Positions 26,111 through 37,161 of a stretch of 64,000 nt of DNA are shown one piece after another; positions within the stretch are counted from its first letter, which is position 1, and every line of letters begins with the position of its first letter. The position numbers and the translations under genes were made by a program. The DNA comes from an uncultured Acidobacteriota bacterium (lineage in GTDB: Bacteria; Acidobacteriota; Thermoanaerobaculia; Multivoradales; UBA5704). The stretch lies in the NCBI GenBank assembly GCA_963770895.1, contig CAVYRF010000002.1:2528001-2592000 (forward strand), written 5' to 3'. The notes under the pieces were generated by a model, which saw nothing but the letters and a program-made list of their open reading frames with translations, was not told where the DNA came from and did no database searches.

Positions 26111-27273
26111 GCGACCTGGCGACCGCCGCCACGGCCGAGCTGGCGTTCGGGCCGCGGCATCCGGCGATGCAGGGGATGCTGCGGCTGCGCCTGACTCTCG
26201 ACGGCGACACCGTCGTCGATTGCCGGCCGCTGATCGGCTACGGGCATCGCGGCCTGGAAAAGCTGTTCGAAGGCTACTCGCTGCGCGACAACGTGGCGCT
26301 CACCGACCGGCTCGACTTCGTCGCCGCGGCCGCCGCCAACATCGCCTACGCCGGCGCGGTGGAGCGGCTGCTGGGGCTGGACGCGCCGCCGCGGGCGCGC
26401 TATCTGCGCGTGGTCCTGGCGGAGCTGCAGCGCCTGGCGTCGCACCTGCTGTGGCTGGGCACCTTCGCCGAGGACGCCGGCGTGCCGGCGCTGCTGGCGC
26501 CCTGCCTGCACCGGCGCGAGCAGGTGCTGGACCTGCTGGCGGCATACTGCGGCGCCCGGCTGACGCTGCGCTGCGCGCTGCCCGGCGGCATGCCGCGCGA
26601 CGCGCCCGACGGCTGGCTTGCCGCCTGCGGCCAGCTGGCGGCGGCGGCGCCGGCCTGGGTGGACGGTTGGGAGGCGGCGCTGGCGGCGGATCGCATCTTC
26701 CGCAACCGCACCGTCGGGTTGGGCCTGCTGGCGCCCGAAACGGCGATCGCGCTGGGCGTGACCGGCCCCTGCCTGCGCGCCAGCGGCGTCGATTTCGACC
26801 TGCGGCGGGCGCTGCCGTACGACGCTTACGACGCCCTCGACGTCGAGGTGCCGCTGCGACAGAACGGCGATGCCTACGATCGCTGCCTGGTCCGGCTGGC
26901 CGACATGCGGCAGGCGGCGCTGCTGGTCACCCAGGCGGTCGAGCGCATGCCCGCCGGGCCGGTCGGGCCGGCCGCGGCGCCGCCGGATGAGGCGCCGCCG
27001 GATGAGACGGCGCCAGCCGGCGCGTGGCAAGACGAGGTCTACTTTGCCGTGGAAGGGCCGCGTGGGGAGCTCGGTTTCTACGTTGCCGTGGCCGGCCGGG
27101 CGGCGGGTGCGGCGGCTCCCAGCCTGGATGAGGCGCCGCGCCGGTGTCATGTGCGCTCGCCGTCGCTCTTCTGTTTGCAGGCGCTGCCCGAGATGGCCCG
27201 CGGCCACGAGGTCGGTGAGCTGGTGGTGCTGCTGGGGTCGTTGGACCTGGCGCTCGGCGAAGTGGATCGCTGA
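26107..27273 (+). CDS. nuoD: NuoD-like subunit (divergent quinone site)
   Basis: GPRHPAMQGMLRL, GYGHRGLEK, DRLDF, ELQRLASHL, TGPCLRASG, EGPRGELG, C-terminal LGEVDR; TTG start. Confidence 0.82.
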   Translation: MSDLATAATAELAFGPRHPAMQGMLRLRLTLDGDTVVDCRPLIGYGHRGLEKLFEGYSLRDNVALTDRLDFVAAAAANIAYAGAVERLLGLDAPPRARYLRVVLAELQRLASHLLWLGTFAEDAGVPALLAPCLHRREQVLDLLAAYCGARLTLRCALPGGMPRDAPDGWLAACGQLAAAAPAWVDGWEAALAADRIFRNRTVGLGLLAPETAIALGVTGPCLRASGVDFDLRRALPYDAYDALDVEVPLRQNGDAYDRCLVRLADMRQAALLVTQAVERMPAGPVGPAAAPPDEAPPDETAPAGAWQDEVYFAVEGPRGELGFYVAVAGRAAGAAAPSLDEAPRRCHVRSPSLFCLQALPEMARGHEVGELVVLLGSLDLALGEVDR

Positions 27274-27556
27274 GGTCATCGCCCACGGGACGTGCCATTT
27301 TGGCGCTCGATCCGCGGGCTTTGGCGCGCCGCGGCCGTCGTATCCTTGCCGAACCGGGGGCATGGGCGGGCGCTGCCGCCCGCGGTGGGTGGCTGGCCGA
27401 CAAGGCATTCATCTTGCTGATGCGCGAGACGGCGGCTGCGGACGAGCGGCCTGACGGCCGCTGCCCGCTCGTGGACCAACCGGGACAACGGACCGGTCCG
27501 CGCGCCGCGGTTCGCCATCAACGGCAAAGCGCTCACCAGGTGGAGGCGTCAGGGGG

Positions 27557-28612
27557 ATGATCGAAGCACAGAGCTTGAGCCGCAAGTTTGGCGACTTCAC
27601 CGCCGTGGACGGCGTGTCGTTTGCCGCCGCGGATCACGAGATCCTGGGGATCCTGGGTCCGAACGGTGCCGGCAAGACGACTACCATCCGCATGATCACG
27701 GGGTTCCTGCCGCCCACCGGGGGCCGGGTGACGGTCGCCGGGCACGACCTGTTCGAGGCGCCGACCCAGGTCCGCCGCGAGCTCGGATACCTGCCCGAGA
27801 ACGTCGCCCTCTACCCCGAGATGCGGGTCGACGAATACCTGGGCTACCGCGCCCGGCTGGAGGGGCTGGTCGCCGCCGAAGCGCGCAGCTCGATCGCGGA
27901 ATCGATCGACCGCTGCCTGCTGGGCGACGTGCGTCACCAGATCATCGGCACGCTGTCCAAGGGCTACCGCCAGCGGGTCGGACTGGCCACGGCGATCCTC
28001 CACCATCCGCGCGTGCTGGTGCTGGACGAACCCACCGTCGGCCTGGATCCCAAGCAGATCATCGCCATCCGCGAGCTGATCCGCGAGCTGGGGCGCGAGC
28101 GGACGCTGCTGCTGTCCACCCACATCCTGCCCGAGGTCGAGCTGCTCTGCGACCGGGTGCTGATCATCGATCGCGGCCGCATCGCCGCCGAAGGCACGCC
28201 CGAAGCGCTGCGCCAGTCCTTTGTCGGCAACACCGGCGTCCGGGTGCTGCTCAAGGACGCTCCCGTCGACGCCCGCGCCGCCCTGGAGAGCCTGGCGGGC
28301 GTGCTGGCGGTGCATCCCGGCGCCGCCGGCGACGGCAGCTTCGTTCTGGAGTGCGAACGCGGCGCCGACCCGCGCGAGCAGGTGTTCCACGCCGCGGTCG
28401 AGCGCCGCTGGGTGCTGCTCGAGCTGGCGCAGGAGCGCGCCTCGCTCGAAGACGTCTTCGTCCGCCTCACCACGCGCGACCTGGCGAGCGAAGCGCACCA
28501 CGACTCGCACGATTCCCATGATTCCCACGACCCGGACAACGCGACCGTCCCCGGCGACCACCACGGTACGCCGCCCGACGCCTCCGGCGAGAACAGCGAG
28601 GTGCCGTCGTGA
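27557..28612 (+). CDS. ABC transporter ATP-binding protein (GldA-like)
   Basis: [34 protein letters not shown]. Confidence 0.92.
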   Translation: MIEAQSLSRKFGDFTAVDGVSFAAADHEILGILGPNGAGKTTTIRMITGFLPPTGGRVTVAGHDLFEAPTQVRRELGYLPENVALYPEMRVDEYLGYRARLEGLVAAEARSSIAESIDRCLLGDVRHQIIGTLSKGYRQRVGLATAILHHPRVLVLDEPTVGLDPKQIIAIRELIRELGRERTLLLSTHILPEVELLCDRVLIIDRGRIAAEGTPEALRQSFVGNTGVRVLLKDAPVDARAALESLAGVLAVHPGAAGDGSFVLECERGADPREQVFHAAVERRWVLLELAQERASLEDVFVRLTTRDLASEAHHDSHDSHDSHDPDNATVPGDHHGTPPDASGENSEVPS

Positions 28613-29349
28613 AGGCATTGTGGGCCGTCTTCCTGCGCGAGCTGCGCGCCTATTTCGTGTCGCCGCTCGCCTACCTGGTGCTGTTTTTCTTCCTGCTGTA
28701 CAACGGCTTCGTCTTCTCGACCGTGGTCAGCTACCTGAACAATCCGCAGGCCCCCAGCATCGAGCGGCCGCTCGACAGCATGTTCCAGGGGTTCTTCTTC
28801 TGGATCCTGCTGCTGTTCCTCTGCACCGTGCTGACCATGCGGCTGATCTCCGAGGAGCTGCGCTCGGGATCGATCGAAGTGCTGATGACCGCGCCGGTCA
28901 CGGAGGTCCAGGTGGTGCTCGGCAAGTACCTGGCGGCGCTGACGTTCTACTGCGCCCTGTGGGCGCCGACCGTGAGCTATGCGCTGATCGTCGGCCACTA
29001 CGCGCGCGTCGATTGGGGGCCGATCGCCGGCGGCTACTTCGGCATCTTCTGGCTGGGGGCGCTGTTCCTTGCGATCGGCCTGCTGTTTTCGGCGCTCACC
29101 CGCAGCCAGCTGCTGGCCGCCATCATGACCTTCGCGGTGCTCACCATCCTGTTCGTGGTCGGCCTGCTGGAAAATCTTTTCAACGGCGACGCCGCCCGCC
29201 AGGCGCTCAGCTATGTCGACCTGTACGGCCACATGGAGGAGATGCACAAGGGCATCATCGATACCCGCCACCTGATCTATTACGGATCGGCGATCTTCTT
29301 TTTCCTCTTCCTCGCCAGCCGGGCGCTCGAAGACCGCAAGTGGAGGTGA
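28609..29349 (+). CDS. ABC-2 permease (GldF-like)
   Basis: RELRAYFVSPLAY, TMRLISEELRSGSIEVLMTAPV, VLGKYLA; about six TM segments. Confidence 0.88.
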   Translation: MKALWAVFLRELRAYFVSPLAYLVLFFFLLYNGFVFSTVVSYLNNPQAPSIERPLDSMFQGFFFWILLLFLCTVLTMRLISEELRSGSIEVLMTAPVTEVQVVLGKYLAALTFYCALWAPTVSYALIVGHYARVDWGPIAGGYFGIFWLGALFLAIGLLFSALTRSQLLAAIMTFAVLTILFVVGLLENLFNGDAARQALSYVDLYGHMEEMHKGIIDTRHLIYYGSAIFFFLFLASRALEDRKWR

Positions 29350-29353
29350 CCGG

Positions 29354-30811
29354 ATGGAAACCTTGAGGCGCCGGCGGCTGGTCAAGACGGGTACCCTGTC
29401 GGCGGGCGCGCTGCTGATCCTGGCGCTGCTCGTCATGCTCAACTACTTTGGCTGGAAGTACTACAAGCGTTTCGACTGGACCGGCAGCCGGATCTACTCG
29501 CTGTCGCCCAAGAGCCAGGAGGTGCTCAAACACCTCAACCACGACGTCGACGTGGTGATGCTGATCCCGATCGGCTCCAACGTCTACGAGCAGAGCCGCG
29601 AGCTGCTGCAGCGCTTCGCCTCCGCCTCGCCGCACGTCCACCTGCAGGTGGTGGATCCCGAAAAGAACCCGGCGCGCGCCGCGCAGCTGCAGCAGAGCTA
29701 CGGCCTCACCGCCCCCAGCGTGGTGTTCGCCTCGGGCGCCGACCGGCGGGTGGTGGACACCGCCGACATGGCCGACATGGATTACTCCGGCATGCAGCTG
29801 GGCCAGCAGCCCGAAATGACCGGCTACAAGGGCGAGCAGCTCTTCACCAGCGCCCTGCTGCAGCTGAGCGAAGGCCGCAAGCCGAAGATCCTGTTCACCA
29901 CCGGCCACGGCGAACGGGCGCTCGACGACACCCAGGGGCGCGGCCTGTCCAACGCCCGCCAGCTGCTGGGCGCCGACAATTTCCAGATGGAGGAGTGGGC
30001 GTCGCTCGGCAAGCCGGCGGTGCCGGACAAGACCGACCTGGTGGTGATCGCCGGCCCCACCAGCTCGTTCGTCACCCCCGAGCTGAACGCGCTTGCGGCC
30101 TACCTGCACGGCGGCGGGCGCATCCTGGTGCTGCTCGATCCGACGCTCGCGGGCGGGAAGGTCGTCGACACCGGCCTGGAAGGGTGGCTGGCCGGCTACG
30201 GCATCAAGGTGGACAACGACATCGTCGTCGACCCGGCCAGCGCCCTGCCGTTCTTCGGCTCCGAAACGCTGTTCGCCAAGGACTACGCCGATCATCCGAT
30301 CACCAAGGCGCTGCGCTCGGGGAACCTCCCGGTGCTGGTCAGCCTTGCCCGTTCGGTGCGCAAGGGTGAGGCGCCGCCCGCGGCCGGCGCCCAGGTGACC
30401 GAGCTGATGCACACCTCCAGTCAGGGTTGGGGCGAAACCGACCTGGCCCACCTGGATGCCGTCGCCAAGGACGCCAACGACGTGCAGGGTCCGGTGTCGC
30501 TCGGCGTGGCGGCGGAGATCGCGGGTCAGGGCGGGGCGCGCCCCTCCCGCCTGGTGGTCTTCGGCGATTCCGACTTTGCCTCCAACCAGCTGGTGCAGCA
30601 GGCCGCTCCCAACGCCATGCTGCTTGCCAACTCGCTCAACTGGCTGGTCGAGCGCGTCAGCCTGCTGGGCATTCCGCCGCGTCGCACCGAGCAGGTGCGG
30701 CTCAGCCTGACGCAAGGCGAGCTGCGCACGGTGTATTTCCTGTCGATGCTGCTGCTGCCTGGCCTGGCCGCCGCCGCCGGCATCTTCGTCCGCTTCCGCC
30801 GCCGGCGGTAG
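29354..30811 (+). CDS. GldG-like ABC transporter auxiliary component
   Basis: N-terminal TM, RFDWT...YSLS, FTTGHGE, VVIAGP, RLVVFGDSDFASN, NSLNWL, C-terminal TM. Confidence 0.85.
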   Translation: METLRRRRLVKTGTLSAGALLILALLVMLNYFGWKYYKRFDWTGSRIYSLSPKSQEVLKHLNHDVDVVMLIPIGSNVYEQSRELLQRFASASPHVHLQVVDPEKNPARAAQLQQSYGLTAPSVVFASGADRRVVDTADMADMDYSGMQLGQQPEMTGYKGEQLFTSALLQLSEGRKPKILFTTGHGERALDDTQGRGLSNARQLLGADNFQMEEWASLGKPAVPDKTDLVVIAGPTSSFVTPELNALAAYLHGGGRILVLLDPTLAGGKVVDTGLEGWLAGYGIKVDNDIVVDPASALPFFGSETLFAKDYADHPITKALRSGNLPVLVSLARSVRKGEAPPAAGAQVTELMHTSSQGWGETDLAHLDAVAKDANDVQGPVSLGVAAEIAGQGGARPSRLVVFGDSDFASNQLVQQAAPNAMLLANSLNWLVERVSLLGIPPRRTEQVRLSLTQGELRTVYFLSMLLLPGLAAAAGIFVRFRRRR

Positions 30812-30822
30812 GTGCCTCCGCG

Positions 30823-32328
30823 ATGCGTCCGCGTACCCTTCTCATCCTGGCCGTGGTGGTGGCGGCGCTCGCCGCCTTCCTCTATTTCTACGGGCGCGAC
30901 CTGCCGTCCAGCGACGAGCTCGCCCAGCGCGCCAAGCACGTGCTCGACTTCAAGAAGGACCAGGTGACGCGGATCGCCATCGATACCGACGGGCGGACGG
31001 TGGTGCTGGAGAAGCAGGCCGCCGCGCCTGCCGCCACCGCCGCCGATGGCAAGGACGCTGCCGCCGGCAGCGCCGCGGCTGCCGCCACGCCGCCCGGCGC
31101 CGGCGCCGCTGCCGCCGATTGGCGCATCGTGCGGCCGCTGGCCGCCCGCGCCGACGCCGGGGCGGTGGAGGCGCTGCTCGACAGCCTGGCCAGCCTCGAC
31201 CACACGCGCATCCTCGACGCGGTGGTGCCGGGCCAGGTCGGGCTGGACAGGCCGCGTGCCGTGGTCGCCCTGACCGTCGCCGGCAAGCCGGCCGCGACGG
31301 TGCTGCGGGTGGGTGCCGCGGTCCCCACCGGCGGCGAGATGATCGTCGGCGTCAGCGGCCGGCCGCAGGCCTACGTGGTCGGCGATGCGCTGCTCGGCGA
31401 CCTGCGCAAAAAGCCCGGCGACTGGCGCGACCACCAGCTCTTCCACGGCGACCGCGACCGCGTCGAGCGGCTGTCCTGGACGACCGCCGGCGGCCCGCGG
31501 GTGGCGCTGGCGAAGCGGGGAGACGGCTTCTGGCTGGAAAGCCCGCTGGTCGACCGCGCCGACCGCGACCAGGTCGAAAAGCTGTTGACCGACCTGACCG
31601 GGCTCGCCGCCGAACATTTCCTCGATCCGCCGGCGCCGCCCGCCGCCCAGCTCGGTCTGGAGCCGCCGCAGACCGCGCTGGAGGCGGTGGTGAACGGCCA
31701 GCCGGCGCCCTTCGTCGTGCAGCTGGGGAGCAGCCACACCGTGGCCGCGCCCCCGGTGGAGGCCGGCGCTCCCGATTCGACCGCCTCGCTGACCTACGCG
31801 CGCGTCGGCGGCACCCTGGTCGACACCCGCTCGCAGCTCGCGCAGACGCTCGCCAAGCCGGCCGCCGACTGGCGCTCGACCCAGCTTTCGGGACTGGAGG
31901 TCCACCAGGTGGACTCCGCCGTGGTGCGCGCCGATCAGCCCGGCGCGGCGCCGCTGGTGCTCACCCGCAGCGGCACCGACTGGAAGCGCGGCGCGGTGCC
32001 CATCTCCTACCTGCCGGTCTCCGACCTGCTGTTCGCGGTCACGGAAGCCAAGGCCGACAAGCTGCTGACCGCCGCCGAAGCGCAAGCCCAGGGCATCGCC
32101 CAGGGGCAGCCCATGCTGGCGTTCGAATTGAAAGCCGGGCAGGCGGGCAGCGAGACCCTGACGATCTACCCGGCCCTGACCGGCGCCATCCAGGGCGTGC
32201 CGGCGCGGGCCAGCGGCCGCGACGTCGTGCTGCTGCTGCCGGCCGCCAAGCTGGCGGACATCCAGCAGCGCCTGCAGGCGGTGCGCGCCGAACCGGCCAT
32301 GGCCGCCGCCAAACCAGCCAAGAAATAA
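30823..32328 (+). CDS. DUF4340-type exported protein
   Basis: N-terminal membrane anchor, repeated W-x-x-x-x-P...AD...L modules; usual position after GldG-like genes. Confidence 0.72.
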   Translation: MRPRTLLILAVVVAALAAFLYFYGRDLPSSDELAQRAKHVLDFKKDQVTRIAIDTDGRTVVLEKQAAAPAATAADGKDAAAGSAAAAATPPGAGAAAADWRIVRPLAARADAGAVEALLDSLASLDHTRILDAVVPGQVGLDRPRAVVALTVAGKPAATVLRVGAAVPTGGEMIVGVSGRPQAYVVGDALLGDLRKKPGDWRDHQLFHGDRDRVERLSWTTAGGPRVALAKRGDGFWLESPLVDRADRDQVEKLLTDLTGLAAEHFLDPPAPPAAQLGLEPPQTALEAVVNGQPAPFVVQLGSSHTVAAPPVEAGAPDSTASLTYARVGGTLVDTRSQLAQTLAKPAADWRSTQLSGLEVHQVDSAVVRADQPGAAPLVLTRSGTDWKRGAVPISYLPVSDLLFAVTEAKADKLLTAAEAQAQGIAQGQPMLAFELKAGQAGSETLTIYPALTGAIQGVPARASGRDVVLLLPAAKLADIQQRLQAVRAEPAMAAAKPAKK

Positions 32329-32330
32329 AA

Positions 32331-32357
32331 ACGCCGGGGCCTCCGTGGCCCCGGCGT
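32331..32357 (-). terminator. Intrinsic terminator between convergent genes
   Basis: 11-bp perfect stem ACGCCGGGGCC/GGCCCCGGCGT with 5-nt loop, followed by TTTTATTT on the minus strand. Confidence 0.75.
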
Positions 32358-32443
32358 CTCGGTCGTCTGCGGACGCCCGCGGCGGGCGGGTGGCGCCGCG
32401 GGCGGGCTTCCTACGGTGGAGTGGCCGGCAGCGCTGCCTGACG

Positions 32444-33955
32444 CTACCGCCCCTGCTTGCGCAGCTCGCTGTGCTTGGCGCCGTAGACAAAGTAGATGAC
32501 GACGCCGATCACCATCCAGACGACCAGGCGCAGCCAGGTGGCGCCGGGGAGGCCGGCCATCAGGCCGAGCGCCACCAGGGCCGAAAGCGCCGGCACCACG
32601 GGAACGAACGGCACGCGGAAGGCGCGCTGCAGGTTGGGCTGCGTGCGGCGCATCACGATGATGCCGAGCGAGACGATGACGAAGGCCAGCAGGGTGCCGA
32701 TGCTGACCAGCTCGCCGAGGGTGGTGATGGGGGTGAAGCCCGCGGCCAGGGCGACCACCACGCCGGTGATGATCGTCGTGACGTAGGGGGTGCGGAAGCG
32801 CGGGTGGACCTTCTTGGCCCAGCCTGGCAGCAGCCCGTCGTTGGCCATCGACATGAAAATGCGCGGCTGGCCGAGCATCATGACCACCATCACCGACGAC
32901 AGGCCGGCGATGGCGCCCAGCTTGACCAGGAACGGCATCACGTGCATCAGCGACGCCATGAAGCCGCCGCCCACCTGCGACTTGGCGGCGTCGATCGCCA
33001 CCGCCATCGGGGCCGGCACGCCCAGCTCGGTATAGGGGACCAGGCCGACCATCACGCCCGAGACCAGCACGTACAGGATGGTGCACAGCACCAGCGACCC
33101 CAGGATGCCGATCGGCATGTCGCGCTGCGGGTTGCGCGCCTCCTGCGCCGCCGTCGACACGGCGTCGAAGCCGATGTAGGCGAAGAAGATGACGCCGGCG
33201 CCGCGCAGGATGCCGCTCCAGCCGTACTTGCCGAACTCGCCGGTGTTGGCCGGGATGAAGGGGTGCCAGTTGCCGGTATGCAGGTACATGCTGCCGGCGG
33301 CGATCACCATCAGCACCACCGCCAGCTTGAGGATGACGATCACCGCGTTGACCCGCGCCGACTCCTGGATGCCGACCACCAGCAGAGCGGTCACCAGGCC
33401 GACGATGATCACCGCCGGCAGGTTGAACACCGCGGTGACGTGCGGGCCGCTGGCGGCCATCGCCATGGCACCCTCGCCCACCGCCACGCGGGTTCCCGGC
33501 GCGGCGCTGAGCGCGGCGGGAAACTGGATGCCAAAATCCTTGAGGAAGCTGACCACGTAGCCCGACCAGCCCACCGCCACGGTGGCGGCGCCGAGGGCGT
33601 ATTCCAGGATCAGGTCCCAGCCGATGATCCAGGCCACGAACTCACCCAGCGTGGCGTAGCCGTAGGTGTAGGCGGAGCCGGCGATGGGCACGGAGGAGGC
33701 GAACTCGGCGTAGCACAGGCCGGCCAGGGCGCTGGCGAATCCTGCCAGCACCATCGACAGGACGATGGCCGGGCCGGCGTACGCCGCCGCGGCCTGGCCG
33801 GTGAGAACGAAGATGCCGGTGCCGATGATGGCGCCGATGCCCAGGGTTGTCAGGTCGAGCGCGGTCAGCACGCGCTTCAGACTGTGCTCGCCGCTGGCCG
33901 CGGCCTCCTGCTTGAGCTGCTCGATCGGCTTGGTCGCTAACAGCGGGTTGGCCAT
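32444..33955 (-). CDS. APC-family amino acid permease
   Basis: [41 protein letters not shown]; GGAGG RBS. Confidence 0.92.
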   Translation of the reverse strand: MANPLLATKPIEQLKQEAAASGEHSLKRVLTALDLTTLGIGAIIGTGIFVLTGQAAAAYAGPAIVLSMVLAGFASALAGLCYAEFASSVPIAGSAYTYGYATLGEFVAWIIGWDLILEYALGAATVAVGWSGYVVSFLKDFGIQFPAALSAAPGTRVAVGEGAMAMAASGPHVTAVFNLPAVIIVGLVTALLVVGIQESARVNAVIVILKLAVVLMVIAAGSMYLHTGNWHPFIPANTGEFGKYGWSGILRGAGVIFFAYIGFDAVSTAAQEARNPQRDMPIGILGSLVLCTILYVLVSGVMVGLVPYTELGVPAPMAVAIDAAKSQVGGGFMASLMHVMPFLVKLGAIAGLSSVMVVMMLGQPRIFMSMANDGLLPGWAKKVHPRFRTPYVTTIITGVVVALAAGFTPITTLGELVSIGTLLAFVIVSLGIIVMRRTQPNLQRAFRVPFVPVVPALSALVALGLMAGLPGATWLRLVVWMVIGVVIYFVYGAKHSELRKQGR

Positions 33956-33984
33956 ACTGGGTGACCTCCGAGGGGGTTGATCTT

Positions 33985-35571
33985 TCAGGGCTCCATGGCG
34001 CCGGTAGCGCCGGCGGCGTCCGACAGGCCGGCGGCGGTAGCCGGCGGCGGGCCGGAGCGACGCCACAGCAGGTAGACCGGAATGCCTGTCAGCACGATCA
34101 GCAGGCCGGGCCAGGTGGTTTGAGTGCGGTACAGCAGCAGCACCACTTCGATCGCCACGGCGGCCACCAGGTACAGCGCGGGGACCAATGGGTAGCCGAG
34201 GGCGCGGTAGGGGCGCGGGGCATCGGGCCTGGTGCGCCGCAGCCGGAAGATGCCGGCGATGGTCAGGATGTAGAAGATCACCACCGAGAACACCACGTAG
34301 TCGAGCAGGTTGCTGTACAGGTTGCCGTACTGCGCGTGGCCGCCGGCGTCGAGCAGCGGCGCCCCCGCGGCGTCGCGCAGGCGGGTGCGCGGCAGCACCA
34401 GCAGCGACGCCCACACGCACTGCAAGGCCAGGCCGAAGGCCGGCACGTGACGCCGGTTGAGCCGCCCGGTGGCGCGGAAGAACAGGTTGTCGCAGGCCAT
34501 CGCGTAGTAGACCCGCGGCCCGGAGAGGATCAGGCCGTTGTCGCAGCCGAACGTCGAGATGATGATCGCCACCGCCATGATCGTCGCGCCGACGGGCCCG
34601 AAGATCGCCTGCAGGGCGGCGGTCGCCACGCGGTCGTCGGGGGCGTGCTGGATGGCGGTCAGGGGCAGCGTCACCAGGTAGCTGACGTTGGCCAGCACGT
34701 AGAGCCCGATCACCAGGATGGTGCCGCTGGCCAGGGCGAGCGGCAGCGTGCGGCGCGGGTTCTTGACCTCGGCGGAGGCGAAGGTGATGTTGTTCCAGGC
34801 GTCGGACGAAAACAGCGACCCGACCTGCGACACGCAGATCGCCACCAGCAGCCCGACCGCGCCGGCGCTGGCCGCGATCTGCGGCACGAACGGCAGATCG
34901 GGCCGGATCGGCGTCACGCCGCGCGGCGTCCACATGTCGTGGAAGTTGGCGGCGATGGCGGCGTGGTTGCGGCCCACCAGGATGCCGAGCAGCACCAGCG
35001 CGGCCAGCGACAGGGTCTTGGCGGCGGTGAAGGTGTTCTGCACCAGCTTGCCCAGCTTGATGCCGCGGGTATTGAGGATGCTGAGAAAGACGATCAGCAG
35101 GATGCCGACCAGCTGCTGCAACGACAGCGACACCGCGTACCCGGACGACAGGTCGATCGGCGGCACGATCCAGGCGTCGGGCGAGATCGCCGGCACCAGC
35201 ACGCCCAGAAACCGGGCGAAACCGACGGCGACCGCGGCGATGGTGCCGGTCTGGATCACCAGGAACAGCGTCCACCCGTACAGAAAACCCCACAGCGGCG
35301 AGTAGGCCTCCCGCAGGTAGACGTATTGGCCGCCGGCCCGCGGCATCATCGCCGCCAGCTCGCCATAGGAGAGGGCGGCGGCGACGGTCAGCAGCCCGGT
35401 CACCACCCACACCGCCAGCAGCCATCCGCTGGCCCCCACCTGGCGGGTGATGTCGGCGGGGACGATGAAGATCCCGGAGCCGATCATCGACCCCGCCACC
35501 ATCATCGTCGAGTCCAAAGGTCCCAGCTCGCGGACGAAGCCGGTGCCTTCCGCTTCTGACTCTGTCGGCAT
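33985..35571 (-). CDS. APC-family amino acid permease (LAT/SteT-like)
   Basis: [45 protein letters not shown]; AAGGAG RBS. Confidence 0.9.
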   Translation of the reverse strand: MPTESEAEGTGFVRELGPLDSTMMVAGSMIGSGIFIVPADITRQVGASGWLLAVWVVTGLLTVAAALSYGELAAMMPRAGGQYVYLREAYSPLWGFLYGWTLFLVIQTGTIAAVAVGFARFLGVLVPAISPDAWIVPPIDLSSGYAVSLSLQQLVGILLIVFLSILNTRGIKLGKLVQNTFTAAKTLSLAALVLLGILVGRNHAAIAANFHDMWTPRGVTPIRPDLPFVPQIAASAGAVGLLVAICVSQVGSLFSSDAWNNITFASAEVKNPRRTLPLALASGTILVIGLYVLANVSYLVTLPLTAIQHAPDDRVATAALQAIFGPVGATIMAVAIIISTFGCDNGLILSGPRVYYAMACDNLFFRATGRLNRRHVPAFGLALQCVWASLLVLPRTRLRDAAGAPLLDAGGHAQYGNLYSNLLDYVVFSVVIFYILTIAGIFRLRRTRPDAPRPYRALGYPLVPALYLVAAVAIEVVLLLYRTQTTWPGLLIVLTGIPVYLLWRRSGPPPATAAGLSDAAGATGAMEP

Positions 35572-35908
35572 CGGGTACGCTCTCCTTGGCGTGGCGCGCA
35601 AAAAGTGCCGTCATCCTACAGGCAGGAAGCGCCAAATGTCACGACGGCGCGGCATTTCAGCCGCGCCGCGGGCTCCGACCCCCAATCCGCTTGCTGCCTG
35701 CCGGCGGGCCGCTGCTGCCGATGTAGAGCAGGCTGCCGTGCCGCCCCCCACGCCGGTCGGCGCCCACAGCACGCCGCCGGGCGAGCCTGGCAGCTGCTGC
35801 AGGGCACCCTGACAGGCCGCTACCGGGAGCTCCCAGCCGTAGCGTTCGCGCAACCGCAGAATTATCAGGCAGAGCCGGAAACCCTGTGGTCGCTCAAGAT
35901 GCGACTCA

Positions 35909-36324
35909 TCACCGGCCCGTGCGGGCCGCAAGCAACCTGCGAAGGCTTATAAGGAGCCATTTTATTGGAACCTGGAATGGGCGCAAATACCAGAAGCGCC
36001 GCGACATGTAGGACCTCATCAGAGTGTCGCGCCAGCGATTGGCTGCGGCTTCGCGCACGTTGTAGTCTTTTGATAGCGCTCGGTCGATGTGATGACCGAT
36101 CTCGTGATAGAGGGTTCGCGACACAAGGGCTTCCCGAACTGCACTGCGCCGCAGAAGCCATACGGGCCAGCCATGAGCAATGGCGTCAATGTAGAGGTCT
36201 ATAGCCGCTGCCCTCGCAGCCCCTGGAGACGAGCTGAAGGCACGGCTTGCACCAGACACTCAACCGTCCCATGGAAGTCGATTGGTAGGTTGAACGTCCC
36301 AAAGTCATCAACAACTCGCACCAT
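35909..36324 (-). pseudogene. Interrupted HExxH (zincin-like) protein in the low-GC tail of the toxin locus
   Basis: The 5' piece MVRVVDDFGTFNLPIDF...LQGLR (36199-36324) stops; another frame continues AIDLYID...LYHEIGHH...RFWYLRP. Confidence 0.5.
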
Positions 36325-36409
36325 CGGAGGTTTCTACGTCCTTTTCCCGTGGTCCCAGGGTAGACGGCTGGATCACGCCGGCGGCCATGGGTACCAGCGG
36401 TGACCGATC

Positions 36410-36964
36410 CTAAACCCAGCGCTCGATCCCAAGGCTACCGAGCTCGCCCGCGAGTGCATGAATCTCCTGCTCGCGCGGGGTATACACCTCCATGTAGTTG
36501 TCGTGGCTTGTGTAGACGACCAAGGCCGCCGGGATTGAGATCACATGTGCGTCGAAGCCGAATGCGATTGCCAGGCGTGCCATGCCAAGTGCCAATGCAT
36601 ATTCCGTCTCGTCAAACAGGTGGCAAGGCGCTTCCTTGATCCAGCGCCGTTCTCCGTATCCGGCGCGGACTGCTCTCCACAAATCAGCGAAGCCGCCCCC
36701 CCTGACATCCCAATCCAAAAGCCAGATCGCCCATGACCTGGCACTTGGAGCCGCTTGAAACAGTGTGTCAACCAGCCTCGCTTGCAGGACTGAGGAATCC
36801 GGCAATTTCAGCTGAAGCGCTTCCGACTGAACTTGCGCAGGCAACGCCGCGCCGTCAGTCGACTGCTGGGACAAAATAAAACCCGCATAGAGATCCTCCT
36901 CATCCATCTTGATCCCTCGCGCTAGCAAGTAGGCGGAGCCCTCAGCAGCAGTAAGGCATATCAT
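36410..36964 (-). CDS. Hypothetical protein, candidate immunity protein
   Basis: First intact ORF downstream of the RHS toxin; lower GC; no signal peptide; W-rich motifs R..YGE....EAPCHLF, FGFDA, SHD. Confidence 0.62.
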   Translation of the reverse strand: MICLTAAEGSAYLLARGIKMDEEDLYAGFILSQQSTDGAALPAQVQSEALQLKLPDSSVLQARLVDTLFQAAPSARSWAIWLLDWDVRGGGFADLWRAVRAGYGERRWIKEAPCHLFDETEYALALGMARLAIAFGFDAHVISIPAALVVYTSHDNYMEVYTPREQEIHALAGELGSLGIERWV

Positions 36965-37161
36965 CGTGGTCTCATCCTGGTCAGATTCGAAAAGGCCTGG
37001 TGCAATGGCGAGAACGCCTGGCCCAGGTCCTCTGCGAGCTGGCACCGAGCATCAGCAAAACTTCGTTATCTATTAACATGCCTAGTCTCGCTTCCTAGCG
37101 CGCCAAGAGCGCGAGAAAAATCAACCCTGTCGCCAAGGCAGGTTCGGAAAGTGGGCGCAAG

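Noticed and set aside
26107-27273. Group 4 NiFe-hydrogenase large subunit
   Set aside because: No N- or C-terminal CxxC nickel ligands; ends in NuoD-type GEVDR
32444-35635. 1063-aa fused permease
   Set aside because: Two separate permeases in different frames, each with its own RBS
35605-35930. Short ORFs or mobile-element end next to the toxin island
   Set aside because: No transposase, integrase, tRNA or terminal repeats recognised
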